43,465 nucleotides of DNA. Source: a virus. The notes under the pieces are model-generated. The model searched no databases, was not told the DNA's origin, and saw only the letters and a program-made list of their open reading frames with translations. Within the stretch, counting starts at the first letter, position 1. Every line of letters begins with the position of its first letter. The position numbers were made by a program, and so were the translations under genes. The DNA lies in the IMG/VR virus record IMGVR_UViG_3300045988_114701, positions 1 through 43,465 of that record; one strand, given 5' to 3'. This document shows positions 6,916 through 14,489 of this stretch, one piece after another.

Positions 6916-7143
6916 GTGCCGATATCTGACGCGCAAAAGCGTGCTGCGGTCGCTTACAACCGGCGGCGCGACAGTATCACGATCAGACCATCTAAGACTG
7001 ACGGCGGCGCAGTGCGTGCCGCCGCTGCTGCTGCTGGTCAGCCGGTGCAAGTCTACATCATGCAGGCTTGCACCGAGCGCATGCAGCGCGACGGCTTCAC
7101 GCCTCCAGCAGATGACACAGCTGGAGACGATAAGACCCCATGA
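6916..7143 (+). CDS. Ribbon-helix-helix (Arc/CopG-like) DNA-binding protein (75 aa)
   Basis: GTG start with GAGGAG 8 nt upstream. The pattern KRAAVAYNRRRDSITIRPSK..GAVRAAAAAAGQPVQVYIMQACTERMQRDG fits strand, helix A, helix B of small RHH regulators. Confidence 0.6.
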   Translation: MPISDAQKRAAVAYNRRRDSITIRPSKTDGGAVRAAAAAAGQPVQVYIMQACTERMQRDGFTPPADDTAGDDKTP

Positions 7144-7148
7144 CAACA

Positions 7149-7181
7149 CCCCGATGGGCAGACGCTCGCCGGGGCTTTTTT
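7149..7181 (+). terminator. Weak candidate terminator after the RHH gene
   Basis: CCCCG (7149-7153) pairs with CGGGG (7170-7174), followed by CTTTTTT. The stem is only 5 bp with a 16-nt loop. Confidence 0.35.
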
Positions 7182-7190
7182 GTTCGCTTC

Positions 7191-7274
7191 AAGCCGATCC
7201 CCTCGCACGCGCGTCTCCCCTCGCATGAGGGGAGTGGATTGAAATAAGCCGATCCGCTCCCCCCTCGCACGCGC
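7191..7274. repeat. Direct repeats AAGCCGATCC...CCCTCGCACGCGC (two copies) flanking a hairpin
   Basis: Copy A is 7191-7212 and copy B is 7246-7274 (same sequence with a GCTCCCC insertion). CCCCTCGCA occurs three times. The hairpin CTCCCCTC-GCAT-GAGGGGAG lies at 7215-7234. Confidence 0.85.
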
Positions 7275-7311
7275 TGGCAAGGTTGGCAAGGTGGGACACG
7301 TTGCGGCATGC

Positions 7312-7334
7312 TTGACAGTATGATACAGTATAAT
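7312..7334 (+). promoter_or_regulatory. AT-rich promoter-like island TTGACAGTATGATACAGTATAAT (non-canonical spacing)
   Basis: Consensus TTGACA (7312-7317) and consensus TATAAT (7329-7334) are separated by only 11 nt. No good -35 lies 17 nt upstream of the TATAAT. It could be an activator-dependent -10-only promoter. Confidence 0.3.
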
Positions 7335-7529
7335 CGTCCCCGACGGCGGGACGAGGTCGCGGACTTCGTCGCCGCGTCGAGCGGCGATTATACGTTTTCG
7401 CGGCTGTGCGGCTTGCGCTGTGCAGCCGCTTACTTATATCTAGCTGCTTATCGAGCGCACAAGCACGCGCACCAGCTGACGCGGGGCAGAGCTGACGCAC
7501 GCAGGGGCGCAGGCGTGTAGCACGTTGGG

Positions 7530-7563
7530 CAGGCGCAGAGGGAGAGCAGGCGCAGGGGAGAGG
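7530..7563. repeat. Tandem 17-bp repeat CAGGCGCAG(A)GGGAGAG x2
   Basis: 7530-7546 CAGGCGCAGAGGGAGAG and 7547-7563 CAGGCGCAGGGGAGAGG. Related GGGCGCAGGC occurs at 7505 and 7643. Confidence 0.85.
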
Positions 7564-8044
7564 CTTCACCGGGCGACGATGTGCGCGGGGGGCTGGGGGG
7601 GTGCTTATGATATAGGTAGAGACGGCACCAGCTCGGGCGGACGGGCGCAGGCTCACAGCTGCGGACGCACCAGGCGGGCGGATGCGCCGACGGGCGTGCT
7701 CACAATAGGTAGGATTTGCGGCGATTATGCTGCGGATTATGACGCACGGTAGGGCTGATGGGGTAATAATGTAGATATTGCTGAGATTGCCGAGGGCTTG
7801 CGTGTGGGATGTGTACCCGCACAGGGCAAGCCCTTGCCCACACGCTGACGGACAGGCAGACGCAGGCGACGCGCGAAGGGCAAAATTTTGAAAGCAGATT
7901 CGCGGAAGGGCGGCGGGGGATGCGGAATTGACCACCTCAGGCGCGCCTACGGGCGAAGGACATATGCCTCCCCGCCCTGCGGGTGTTCCCCCTGCCGGTC
8001 AAGCAGGAAGCAAAAACGCGAAGAGAGCAGAACACATAAGCACT

Positions 8045-8079
8045 ATTCCAGAACTCACACGAGTTTCTGGAATTTTTTT
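8045..8079 (+). terminator. Strong intrinsic terminator 39 nt upstream of terS
   Basis: ATTCCAGAA (8045-8053) pairs with TTCTGGAAT (8065-8073). The stem is extendable by CTC/GAG and runs straight into T7 (8073-8079). Confidence 0.85.
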
Positions 8080-8117
8080 ATACCCATAGGGGCAGGTCAA
8101 AAAAAGGAGGGATAGGC

Positions 8118-8561
8118 TTGGGAAAGAACAAGGCGCGTACGCCGCCGCCGAACAGAAAACTGACGGACGAGCAGCGCAGAGAGGTTGTACGCAGGTATGT
8201 AGAGGAGTACGAGACGGTCAGCGAGCTGGCACGGGAGTACGGAGTAGACAGGGCGACGATTTACAGAGTGCTGGGCGCGGAGGAGCACGCGGGAAGAATC
8301 AAGGCACTGTCGGATGCGAGGCTGGCGCAGGCAAAGATCAGGATTCTTGAGCAAGTGCCTGCGGCACTCGACCGCAACGAGGAAATTCTAAACACGAATT
8401 ACGACCCTGCATTCCAGTATCTGTGGCAGAACGCCATCCGGGACACACTGGACAGAGCGGGCATCAAGGCGACGAAGGACGAGAAGCAGGACATCAGTAT
8501 TTCTTTTGCGAGTGATGGGTTTGAGCTGGGCATGCCGGAGAGCGGGACAGACGAAGAATGA
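8118..8561 (+). CDS. terS: Terminase small subunit
   Basis: TTG start 7 nt after AGGAGG (8105-8110). The N-terminal HTH is LTDEQRREVVRRYVEEYETVSELAREYGVDRATIYRVL. It lies immediately upstream of terL with an ATGA overlap. Confidence 0.8.
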   Translation: MGKNKARTPPPNRKLTDEQRREVVRRYVEEYETVSELAREYGVDRATIYRVLGAEEHAGRIKALSDARLAQAKIRILEQVPAALDRNEEILNTNYDPAFQYLWQNAIRDTLDRAGIKATKDEKQDISISFASDGFELGMPESGTDEE

Positions 8562-9964
8562 GCAGCATTGTGTTTGACTACAAGCCGACGGCGAAGCAAC
8601 GGCTGTTTCACGCGAGCAAGAGCAACGAGATTCTGTACGGAGGCGCGGCTGGCGGCGGTAAGAGTTACGCCATCTGCTGGGATGCATTCATGCGCTGTTT
8701 GAAATACCCGCGAACAAATGCGTACCTGTTTAGGCGGACATATCCTGAATTGGAGCAGACGCTTATCAAGACGATGCGCGACATCGTTCCGGAAGAGTTG
8801 GGCAGGTATTACAGCGGAAACCACGAGATGAGGTTCTTCAACGGGAGCGTCGCCCGGTTCTGCCATTTGAGCGATGAAGGGACATGGCGCAATTATCAGG
8901 GTGCACAGATACAGTGGCTGTACTTTGACGAGCTGACGCACTTCAGCGAAAGCATGTACAACTTTATCAAGACACGTTTGAGGGCACCGAAAAACCTGAA
9001 TGTAAATCCGTGTACGCGATGCGCAAGCAACCCCGGCGGTCCGGGACATGGCTGGGTAAAGGCGCGATTCGTGGACAGCACGGACGTGGGGAAACGCACC
9101 GTGGTGCAAGATACGGAGTATCTTGCTCAAAACGGGAAAATGAAGAAAATGAAATCCATTTGCGAATATATCCCGGCTACTGTATACGACAACCCATACA
9201 TCGACGATATGTATATCGTCGAGCTGCAAAACAAGCCGTCGAAGCTGAGAGACGCCATGCTGTACGGGAAATGGGAAGCGTTCGAGGGGCAGGCGTTCCC
9301 GGAATTTACGAACGACCCTGAGCATTATAAGGACGGGCTGCATACGCACGTCATCGACCCGTTCGACATTCCGCTGCACTGGACGCGGTACGTCAGCTTT
9401 GACCACGGCTTTTCACGTCCGTTCTCGTTCGGCGCGTGGGCGGTTGACCCTGACGGCAGGGCATACCGATACAAGGAACTGTACGGCTGCAAAAAGGGAG
9501 AGGCGAACGTCGGCTTGATGCTCACGCCGGGCGAAATCGCGGCGAAGCTGGCGGACTGGCTTGAGCCGGAATTCAGAGAAGGCATTCATATCACGGGCAT
9601 TGCAGACCCTGCCATCTGGGACGAGAGCCGGGGAACGAGCGTAGAGGAGCAGATCCGCAAGGTCTTTTCCGGCGTCACGTTCCGCAAGGGCGACAACACG
9701 CGGATGCCGGGCAAGATGCAGGTGCATGAGCGGCTGCGGTTTGACGAGGACGGGCGACCGATGATGTACATATTCAGCAACTGCACGGAATTTATTCGCA
9801 CGATTCCGACGCTGTGCTACGACGAACACAAGGTTGAGGACATCGACACGGCGGGCGAAGACCACATCTACGACGAGACGCGATACTTTTTAATGTCAAG
9901 ACCGCTCGCGCCGAAGATCGTCGCGCCCAAACCGAAGCGGAAAGCGTGGAATCCGCTGGACTAA
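8558..9964 (+). CDS. terL: Terminase large subunit
   Basis: Walker A LYGGAAGGGKSY and Walker B-like WLYFDELTHF. The 468-aa protein has a C-terminal nuclease-type region (..DHGFSRPFSFG.., ..GEDHIYDETRY). Confidence 0.92.
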   Translation: MSSIVFDYKPTAKQRLFHASKSNEILYGGAAGGGKSYAICWDAFMRCLKYPRTNAYLFRRTYPELEQTLIKTMRDIVPEELGRYYSGNHEMRFFNGSVARFCHLSDEGTWRNYQGAQIQWLYFDELTHFSESMYNFIKTRLRAPKNLNVNPCTRCASNPGGPGHGWVKARFVDSTDVGKRTVVQDTEYLAQNGKMKKMKSICEYIPATVYDNPYIDDMYIVELQNKPSKLRDAMLYGKWEAFEGQAFPEFTNDPEHYKDGLHTHVIDPFDIPLHWTRYVSFDHGFSRPFSFGAWAVDPDGRAYRYKELYGCKKGEANVGLMLTPGEIAAKLADWLEPEFREGIHITGIADPAIWDESRGTSVEEQIRKVFSGVTFRKGDNTRMPGKMQVHERLRFDEDGRPMMYIFSNCTEFIRTIPTLCYDEHKVEDIDTAGEDHIYDETRYFLMSRPLAPKIVAPKPKRKAWNPLD

Positions 9965-9973
9965 GGAGGATGT

Positions 9974-11809
9974 ATGAGAAAGAGGGATTCCCCGCCGGGG
10001 GATATCAGACAGAGCAAGCCGGAGGAATTCGGTGAACAGCCGCTCTCGCCGGAGGAAAAGGCGCTCGTAGGCAGGGCATACGCGCTGTTTGATTTTTTCA
10101 ACAACGAGCTGCGCGACGCACACAAGGCCATGCGTGCGGCACGCATGATGCGCCAATTGCAGCAGGAGGAGCGGAGCTTGACCGCACCGGTCACCAGCAC
10201 GCTGAACAGCTGCATTGACAACGTCATCGCCGACCAGATTGACAACATGCCGGAAGCGGTCATGGTGCCTGAACGCGAGGAGACGGCGCAGAGCGCGGAA
10301 GAGATGAGCGACGTTGTCAGCTATGCCCTGTATCAGGCGGGATTCAGGGGGACGTATCAGACGCTGATGGAGGACGCGGCGGTCACGGGAACGGGCATCG
10401 CGCAGGTGTTTTGGGACGACGACCTTGAGGACGGCGACGGCATGATCAACGTGCTGGCGTGGCATCCGGAGGACTTCTACCCCGACCCGACGCAGGAAAA
10501 CATTCAGGACGGACGCGCATGCTTCAAGGTGACGCACACGACGGTTGCGTGGGTCGAAGAGCATTACCCGCACGCACGCGGCTATGTACGCGCCGACCCC
10601 AACAATGACGATACCGATTACAGCCTGCAAAACATCGCGGAGGGCGACGAGGGCGTGATGCTGCTGGAATTCTGGTATCGACGGTATGACGCGGACAAGC
10701 GTCGGCACATGGTGCATATGGCGCAGTTGGCGGGTCACGCGCTGCTGTACAGCACGGAGCTTGGCTTCGGCGGCGCGGGAAAGACGGAATACAAAGACGG
10801 CGTATACGCGCACGGCAGGTATCCGTTTGTCTTGTACAAGTACAGGAGCGTATGGCGCAAGCCGTTCGGCACGGGGCTTGTACACGACTACTACGGCACG
10901 CAGAACATGATCGACAGATGTCTCAAGTACATCGACGACAACGCCCGCGAATCGAGCGTGCAGCGGCACTTTATCCGGCGCGGAAGCGGCGTCAATCCGG
11001 AAGACGTTGCGGACATGCGCCGCACCATCATCGAGTGGGAGGGCAACGATATTCGCGAGGCGATTCAGACGGTGCAGGCGGCACCGCTGAACGGGCAGGT
11101 CTATCAGGCAATGAATTACCTCGTGGATTCGATGAAGCAGGACTGCGGACAGAACCAGTTCAGCCGCGGAGAAGGCGGACTTGGCGTTACGGCTGCGGCT
11201 GCCATTCAAGCCCTTCAGGAGGCGGGCGGCAAAACGACCCGCTGGCACACGGAGCAATTCAAGAACGCTTTCCGCGAGATGGTCGAGCAGATGCTCTGGG
11301 TATTGAGCGACTATCTGGACGCAGAGCGCAAATTCAGAATCGTCGGCGGATGGGATTCGAGTGGGAATATGAAGGATAAGCTCGTGCAGCTCATCGCGCC
11401 GATGCGCGACAACGGCAGACTGCCCAAGCCCGCGTACACGGTGCGCGTGCAGGTGCAGAAGAACAACCCCTTGCAGGTACAGGCAGACAACGAATTCCTC
11501 TTGCAGGTTGCGCAAATCTGCGGACAGGCGGGTCAGGCACTGCCGCCCGAATCGGTCATTCGCCTGATGGAGGGATATCGGACAAAGTCGAGCGTGCTGC
11601 GCATGGTCGAGCAGAACAGCGCACAGCAGGCTCTCATTGCTCAGATGCAGCAGCAGATTGAGCTGCTTACCAACCAGAACACGGGCATGCAGGCGGTCAT
11701 CGGCGAGTACAAAAACATGCTCGCGACGCCCGCCCAGCTTGAAGCCAAGCAGCAGGAGGCGGACTATAACCCGATGCTGCAAGCAACCAAGGACGCCGAG
11801 AACGGCTGA
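9974..11809 (+). CDS. Portal protein
   Basis: 611-aa ORF directly after terL and before scaffold and capsid; AGGAGG RBS. Called on size and position. Confidence 0.8.
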   Translation: MRKRDSPPGDIRQSKPEEFGEQPLSPEEKALVGRAYALFDFFNNELRDAHKAMRAARMMRQLQQEERSLTAPVTSTLNSCIDNVIADQIDNMPEAVMVPEREETAQSAEEMSDVVSYALYQAGFRGTYQTLMEDAAVTGTGIAQVFWDDDLEDGDGMINVLAWHPEDFYPDPTQENIQDGRACFKVTHTTVAWVEEHYPHARGYVRADPNNDDTDYSLQNIAEGDEGVMLLEFWYRRYDADKRRHMVHMAQLAGHALLYSTELGFGGAGKTEYKDGVYAHGRYPFVLYKYRSVWRKPFGTGLVHDYYGTQNMIDRCLKYIDDNARESSVQRHFIRRGSGVNPEDVADMRRTIIEWEGNDIREAIQTVQAAPLNGQVYQAMNYLVDSMKQDCGQNQFSRGEGGLGVTAAAAIQALQEAGGKTTRWHTEQFKNAFREMVEQMLWVLSDYLDAERKFRIVGGWDSSGNMKDKLVQLIAPMRDNGRLPKPAYTVRVQVQKNNPLQVQADNEFLLQVAQICGQAGQALPPESVIRLMEGYRTKSSVLRMVEQNSAQQALIAQMQQQIELLTNQNTGMQAVIGEYKNMLATPAQLEAKQQEADYNPMLQATKDAENG

Positions 11810-11842
11810 CAACGCGAAAAGGCGCGATAAGGAGAAAAACAC

Positions 11843-12613
11843 ATGGAAGAGCTTGAGAATACGGTCGATATGACGCAGGAGCTTGCGGACGACGCGCAGG
11901 CGGGGCAGGAGGTCACCCTCAGCGACCTTATGGACAATCTGACGGGCGGGGCGCAGGCGGCGGAAACGGAAGAAACGGCTGAACAGACGGGTGACGGCGA
12001 CCCGGAAACACAAGCGCAGCCCCAGACGGAAGACAACAAGGACAAATTCGGACGGCGCATCGCGTCGGCACTGGCAAACCAGAAGCGGGGATTCCAGAAG
12101 GACATCGACTTTTCGGCACGGGTGCATGGCGCGGCGGGCGACATGACGGACGATGAGATCACGGAGGCACTCAGGGACTATCAGGCGCGCAGGATAGCCG
12201 AGAGCGACGCCGACATCAGCCCGAAAGCCGCACGCAGGATCGTCGAAGCGCAGGAGAGAGCCAACCAGACCCAAGCGGACAACCCGCAGAGGGGAGAAGC
12301 TGAGGCAGAGGTGCAGAGCCTCTACGCCGACGGCTGGACGGAGGATGAGCTGCTGGCGCTGACGAATGACGCGGAGGTTCAGCGGCAGTTTGCGTCGGGC
12401 ATGAGCCTGCGCAAGGCAGCCAAGATGTATTTGCAGCGGCAGCAGACCAAGCCGCCGCAGACACCCAAGCGGGGCGTTCCGACGGCAAAAACAGCCGGAT
12501 CGGGCGCACCGCCGGACGATAACGCCATTGCCAACATGACAGACGCGGAGTTCGACGCTTTTCAAAAGCGCGTCGAACGCGCCGCCATGGAGGGTAAGCG
12601 CGTGAAATTTTAA
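11843..12613 (+). CDS. Scaffolding protein (putative)
   Basis: 256-aa, strongly acidic, predicted helical, lying between portal and major capsid. Confidence 0.6.
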   Translation: MEELENTVDMTQELADDAQAGQEVTLSDLMDNLTGGAQAAETEETAEQTGDGDPETQAQPQTEDNKDKFGRRIASALANQKRGFQKDIDFSARVHGAAGDMTDDEITEALRDYQARRIAESDADISPKAARRIVEAQERANQTQADNPQRGEAEAEVQSLYADGWTEDELLALTNDAEVQRQFASGMSLRKAAKMYLQRQQTKPPQTPKRGVPTAKTAGSGAPPDDNAIANMTDAEFDAFQKRVERAAMEGKRVKF

Positions 12614-12625
12614 GGAGTAAGAGAT

Positions 12626-13570
12626 ATGGCATATACCAATACCAATACCAACATGACCAACAGCACCGGCTTGACGCCGGGCATGCAGACCTATTACAAC
12701 CGCACCCTGCTCAAGGTGTTTGAGCCGAATCTTGTCCATTTGCAGAACGCGGACGTGTACCCGATGCCGCTGCACAACGGCTTGGTTCAGAACTTCCGCA
12801 AGCTCATCCCGCTTGAGGGCAGCACGACCCCGCTGAGCGAGGGCAACCCGGGCGACAGCGTCATGTACAGCGAGGTTGCCGTCACCGTGCAGCTCAATCA
12901 GTACGGTCAGTACGCCCGCACCACGGACAAGCTGGACATGAGCCACATGGACTTGACGATCGACCGCAAGGTTAAGATGCTGGGCGACGCGGGCGCGAGA
13001 AGCATCGACACGCTGGTGCGCGAGGAGCTGGCGACCTGCACCAACGTCATTTACGCAAACGGCAAGACCAGCCGCGCCACGCTGACGCCTGCGGACAAGA
13101 TCACCAGCAAGGATATTCGCCGGGCGGTCAAGATGCTCAAGAAGAACCTTGCCAAGCCGTTCAACGGCTACTACATCGCCATTATCGGTCCCGATACGAC
13201 GTTTGACCTTCAGGAAGACGACGCCTTCATCAAGGTCAGCCAGTATCAGGACAAGGAGAACATCTACACGGGCGAGGTCGGCAGGCTGTTCGGCGTGCGC
13301 TTCATCGAGACCACGCAGGCTAAGATTTTTGAAAAGGCGGGCGCATCCAGCGCGGACGTGGCAAGCATCATCGTGCTGGGTCAGTACGCCTACGGCATCA
13401 CGAGCTGGACGAGCGCAAAGCCGCGTGTGATCGTCAAGCCGGCAGGCAGCGCGGGCACGAACGACCCGCTCGATCAGATCAGCACGGTCGGCTGGAAGAT
13501 GGACGGATTCGGCGTGAAGCTGCTTCAGCCGGAATTCGCGGTGCGCATCGAGACGGGCTTTACGGCTTAA
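12626..13570 (+). CDS. Major capsid protein
   Basis: 314-aa ORF after the scaffold gene with a strong RBS (AAGGAG), followed by a strong terminator. The N-terminal ..TYYNRTLLKVFEPNLVH.. pattern recalls the N4-gp56-type capsid family, from memory. Confidence 0.8.
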   Translation: MAYTNTNTNMTNSTGLTPGMQTYYNRTLLKVFEPNLVHLQNADVYPMPLHNGLVQNFRKLIPLEGSTTPLSEGNPGDSVMYSEVAVTVQLNQYGQYARTTDKLDMSHMDLTIDRKVKMLGDAGARSIDTLVREELATCTNVIYANGKTSRATLTPADKITSKDIRRAVKMLKKNLAKPFNGYYIAIIGPDTTFDLQEDDAFIKVSQYQDKENIYTGEVGRLFGVRFIETTQAKIFEKAGASSADVASIIVLGQYAYGITSWTSAKPRVIVKPAGSAGTNDPLDQISTVGWKMDGFGVKLLQPEFAVRIETGFTA

Positions 13571-13575
13571 CACTC

Positions 13576-13610
13576 GGGGGCGGGGCATTCGCCCTGTCCC
13601 CTTTTCTTTT
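13576..13610 (+). terminator. Intrinsic terminator after the capsid gene
   Basis: 11-bp stem (13576-13586 with 13591-13601, two G-U pairs), ATTC loop, then TTTTCTTTT. Confidence 0.8.
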
Positions 13611-13629
13611 GATTGAAAGGAGAGATATT

Positions 13630-13902
13630 ATGGCAATCAATACGACTTCGACCATCGCAAAAGCGAGTACGGTGCAGCTCGGCAAGTGCGAGAAAACCAA
13701 AGAAAATATGAAGCAGCTGATGCGCGACGCGGGCTGCGAGACCTACAAGAACGTCAAAACGATGATTCCGCTCATTCCCGGAAGCGGAGATGACGTTGTG
13801 TATGTGGGGATGAACGGCGTGAGCTTTTACTTCCTGCGCGGTAAGACGGTCGATGTCCCCGAGCCGCTGCTTGAAATCATGACCAACTGCGGCGTGATTT
13901 AA
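13630..13902 (+). CDS. Hypothetical virion-module protein (90 aa)
   Basis: ORF track 13609..13902. ATG 13630 is preferred: AGGAG at 13618-13622, 7 nt upstream. Confidence 0.6.
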   Translation: MAINTTSTIAKASTVQLGKCEKTKENMKQLMRDAGCETYKNVKTMIPLIPGSGDDVVYVGMNGVSFYFLRGKTVDVPEPLLEIMTNCGVI

Positions 13903-13916
13903 GGGAGGTGCAGCCC

Positions 13917-14489
13917 ATGACGCTCAGCCAGATTATCGCGCAAGCCCTGCGGCAGCTGGGGGAAGACCCGCAGGACGTGAGCGAGTACGAGGAAGCATTC
14001 AAGGTATACGCGAACATGGGCTATGACATCGCGGTTCGCGAATATCTCAAGCCCAGAAGGAAAATGTGTCTGGACATCGACGAGAACGGACGTGCGCCGG
14101 TTGTCGGGGTCATCGTAAACAGGGTCATCCGAATGACGGACGAGGACGGGCGGGACGTCGCCTTTGATTTGGCAGGGGACGGAAGAAGCCTTACCGTATG
14201 GCGGGACGACCTGAAGGGAAAGACGCTGCGGGCATTATGCGAGGTCAGCTTTCCGCCGATGGAGGACGGGGAGGACGAGCCGCTGCTTCCGGCATACGCG
14301 CACGCGGCACTGTCGGACTACATCTGTTACCGCCATCTATCCAGCGGCAACCTCGCCAAGCAGAGCCGCGCGCAGTTTTACCAGAACAGCTTCTATCAGG
14401 AGATGAACCGCATTCGTCCGCAGGGCATGGGAAGCGTGACGCGGATGCGCAACCTGTATGAAGCGACGGACGTGAGGTATCGCAGATGA
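13917..14489 (+). CDS. Putative head-tail adaptor/connector protein (190 aa)
   Basis: ORF track 13908..14489; ATG 13917 lies 8 nt after GGAGG. Called on its position after the capsid gene; no specific motif. Confidence 0.45.
   Translation: MTLSQIIAQALRQLGEDPQDVSEYEEAFKVYANMGYDIAVREYLKPRRKMCLDIDENGRAPVVGVIVNRVIRMTDEDGRDVAFDLAGDGRSLTVWRDDLKGKTLRALCEVSFPPMEDGEDEPLLPAYAHAALSDYICYRHLSSGNLAKQSRAQFYQNSFYQEMNRIRPQGMGSVTRMRNLYEATDVRYRR

Larger units (their letters stand above)
7341..8079 (+). ncRNA. Candidate long untranslated transcript (leader or structured ncRNA), about 740 nt
   Basis: No credible ORF or RBS in any frame. Dense local hairpins, for example CGTCCC/GGGACG at 7334-7352 and GACGAGGTC/GACTTCGTC at 7350-7370. 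It is bounded by the -10 box at 7329 and the strong terminator at 8045-8079. Confidence 0.25.

Noticed and set aside
7312-7334. TTGACA...TATAAT as a canonical sigma-70 promoter
   Set aside because: Both hexamers are consensus, but the spacer is only 11 nt. No acceptable -35 lies 16-18 nt upstream of the TATAAT. I kept it only as a low-confidence, possibly activator-dependent element.
7189-7935. 248-aa minus-strand ORF, and plus-strand ORFs at 7308-7520, 7525-7752 and 7888-8115, in the region upstream of terS
   Set aside because: They are Ala/Arg/Pro/Ser/Gly-rich, have no RBS, and overlap each other. Joining the plus-strand pieces would require reading through both TAG and TGA, so an alternative genetic code does not rescue a gene.
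9896-13588. 1,230-aa minus-strand ORF, the second-longest in the track
   Set aside because: It lies entirely antisense to the portal, scaffold and capsid genes. It has an Arg/Ala/Leu/His-rich nonsense-like composition and no RBS. Long shadow ORFs like this are expected on the non-coding strand of GC-rich genes.
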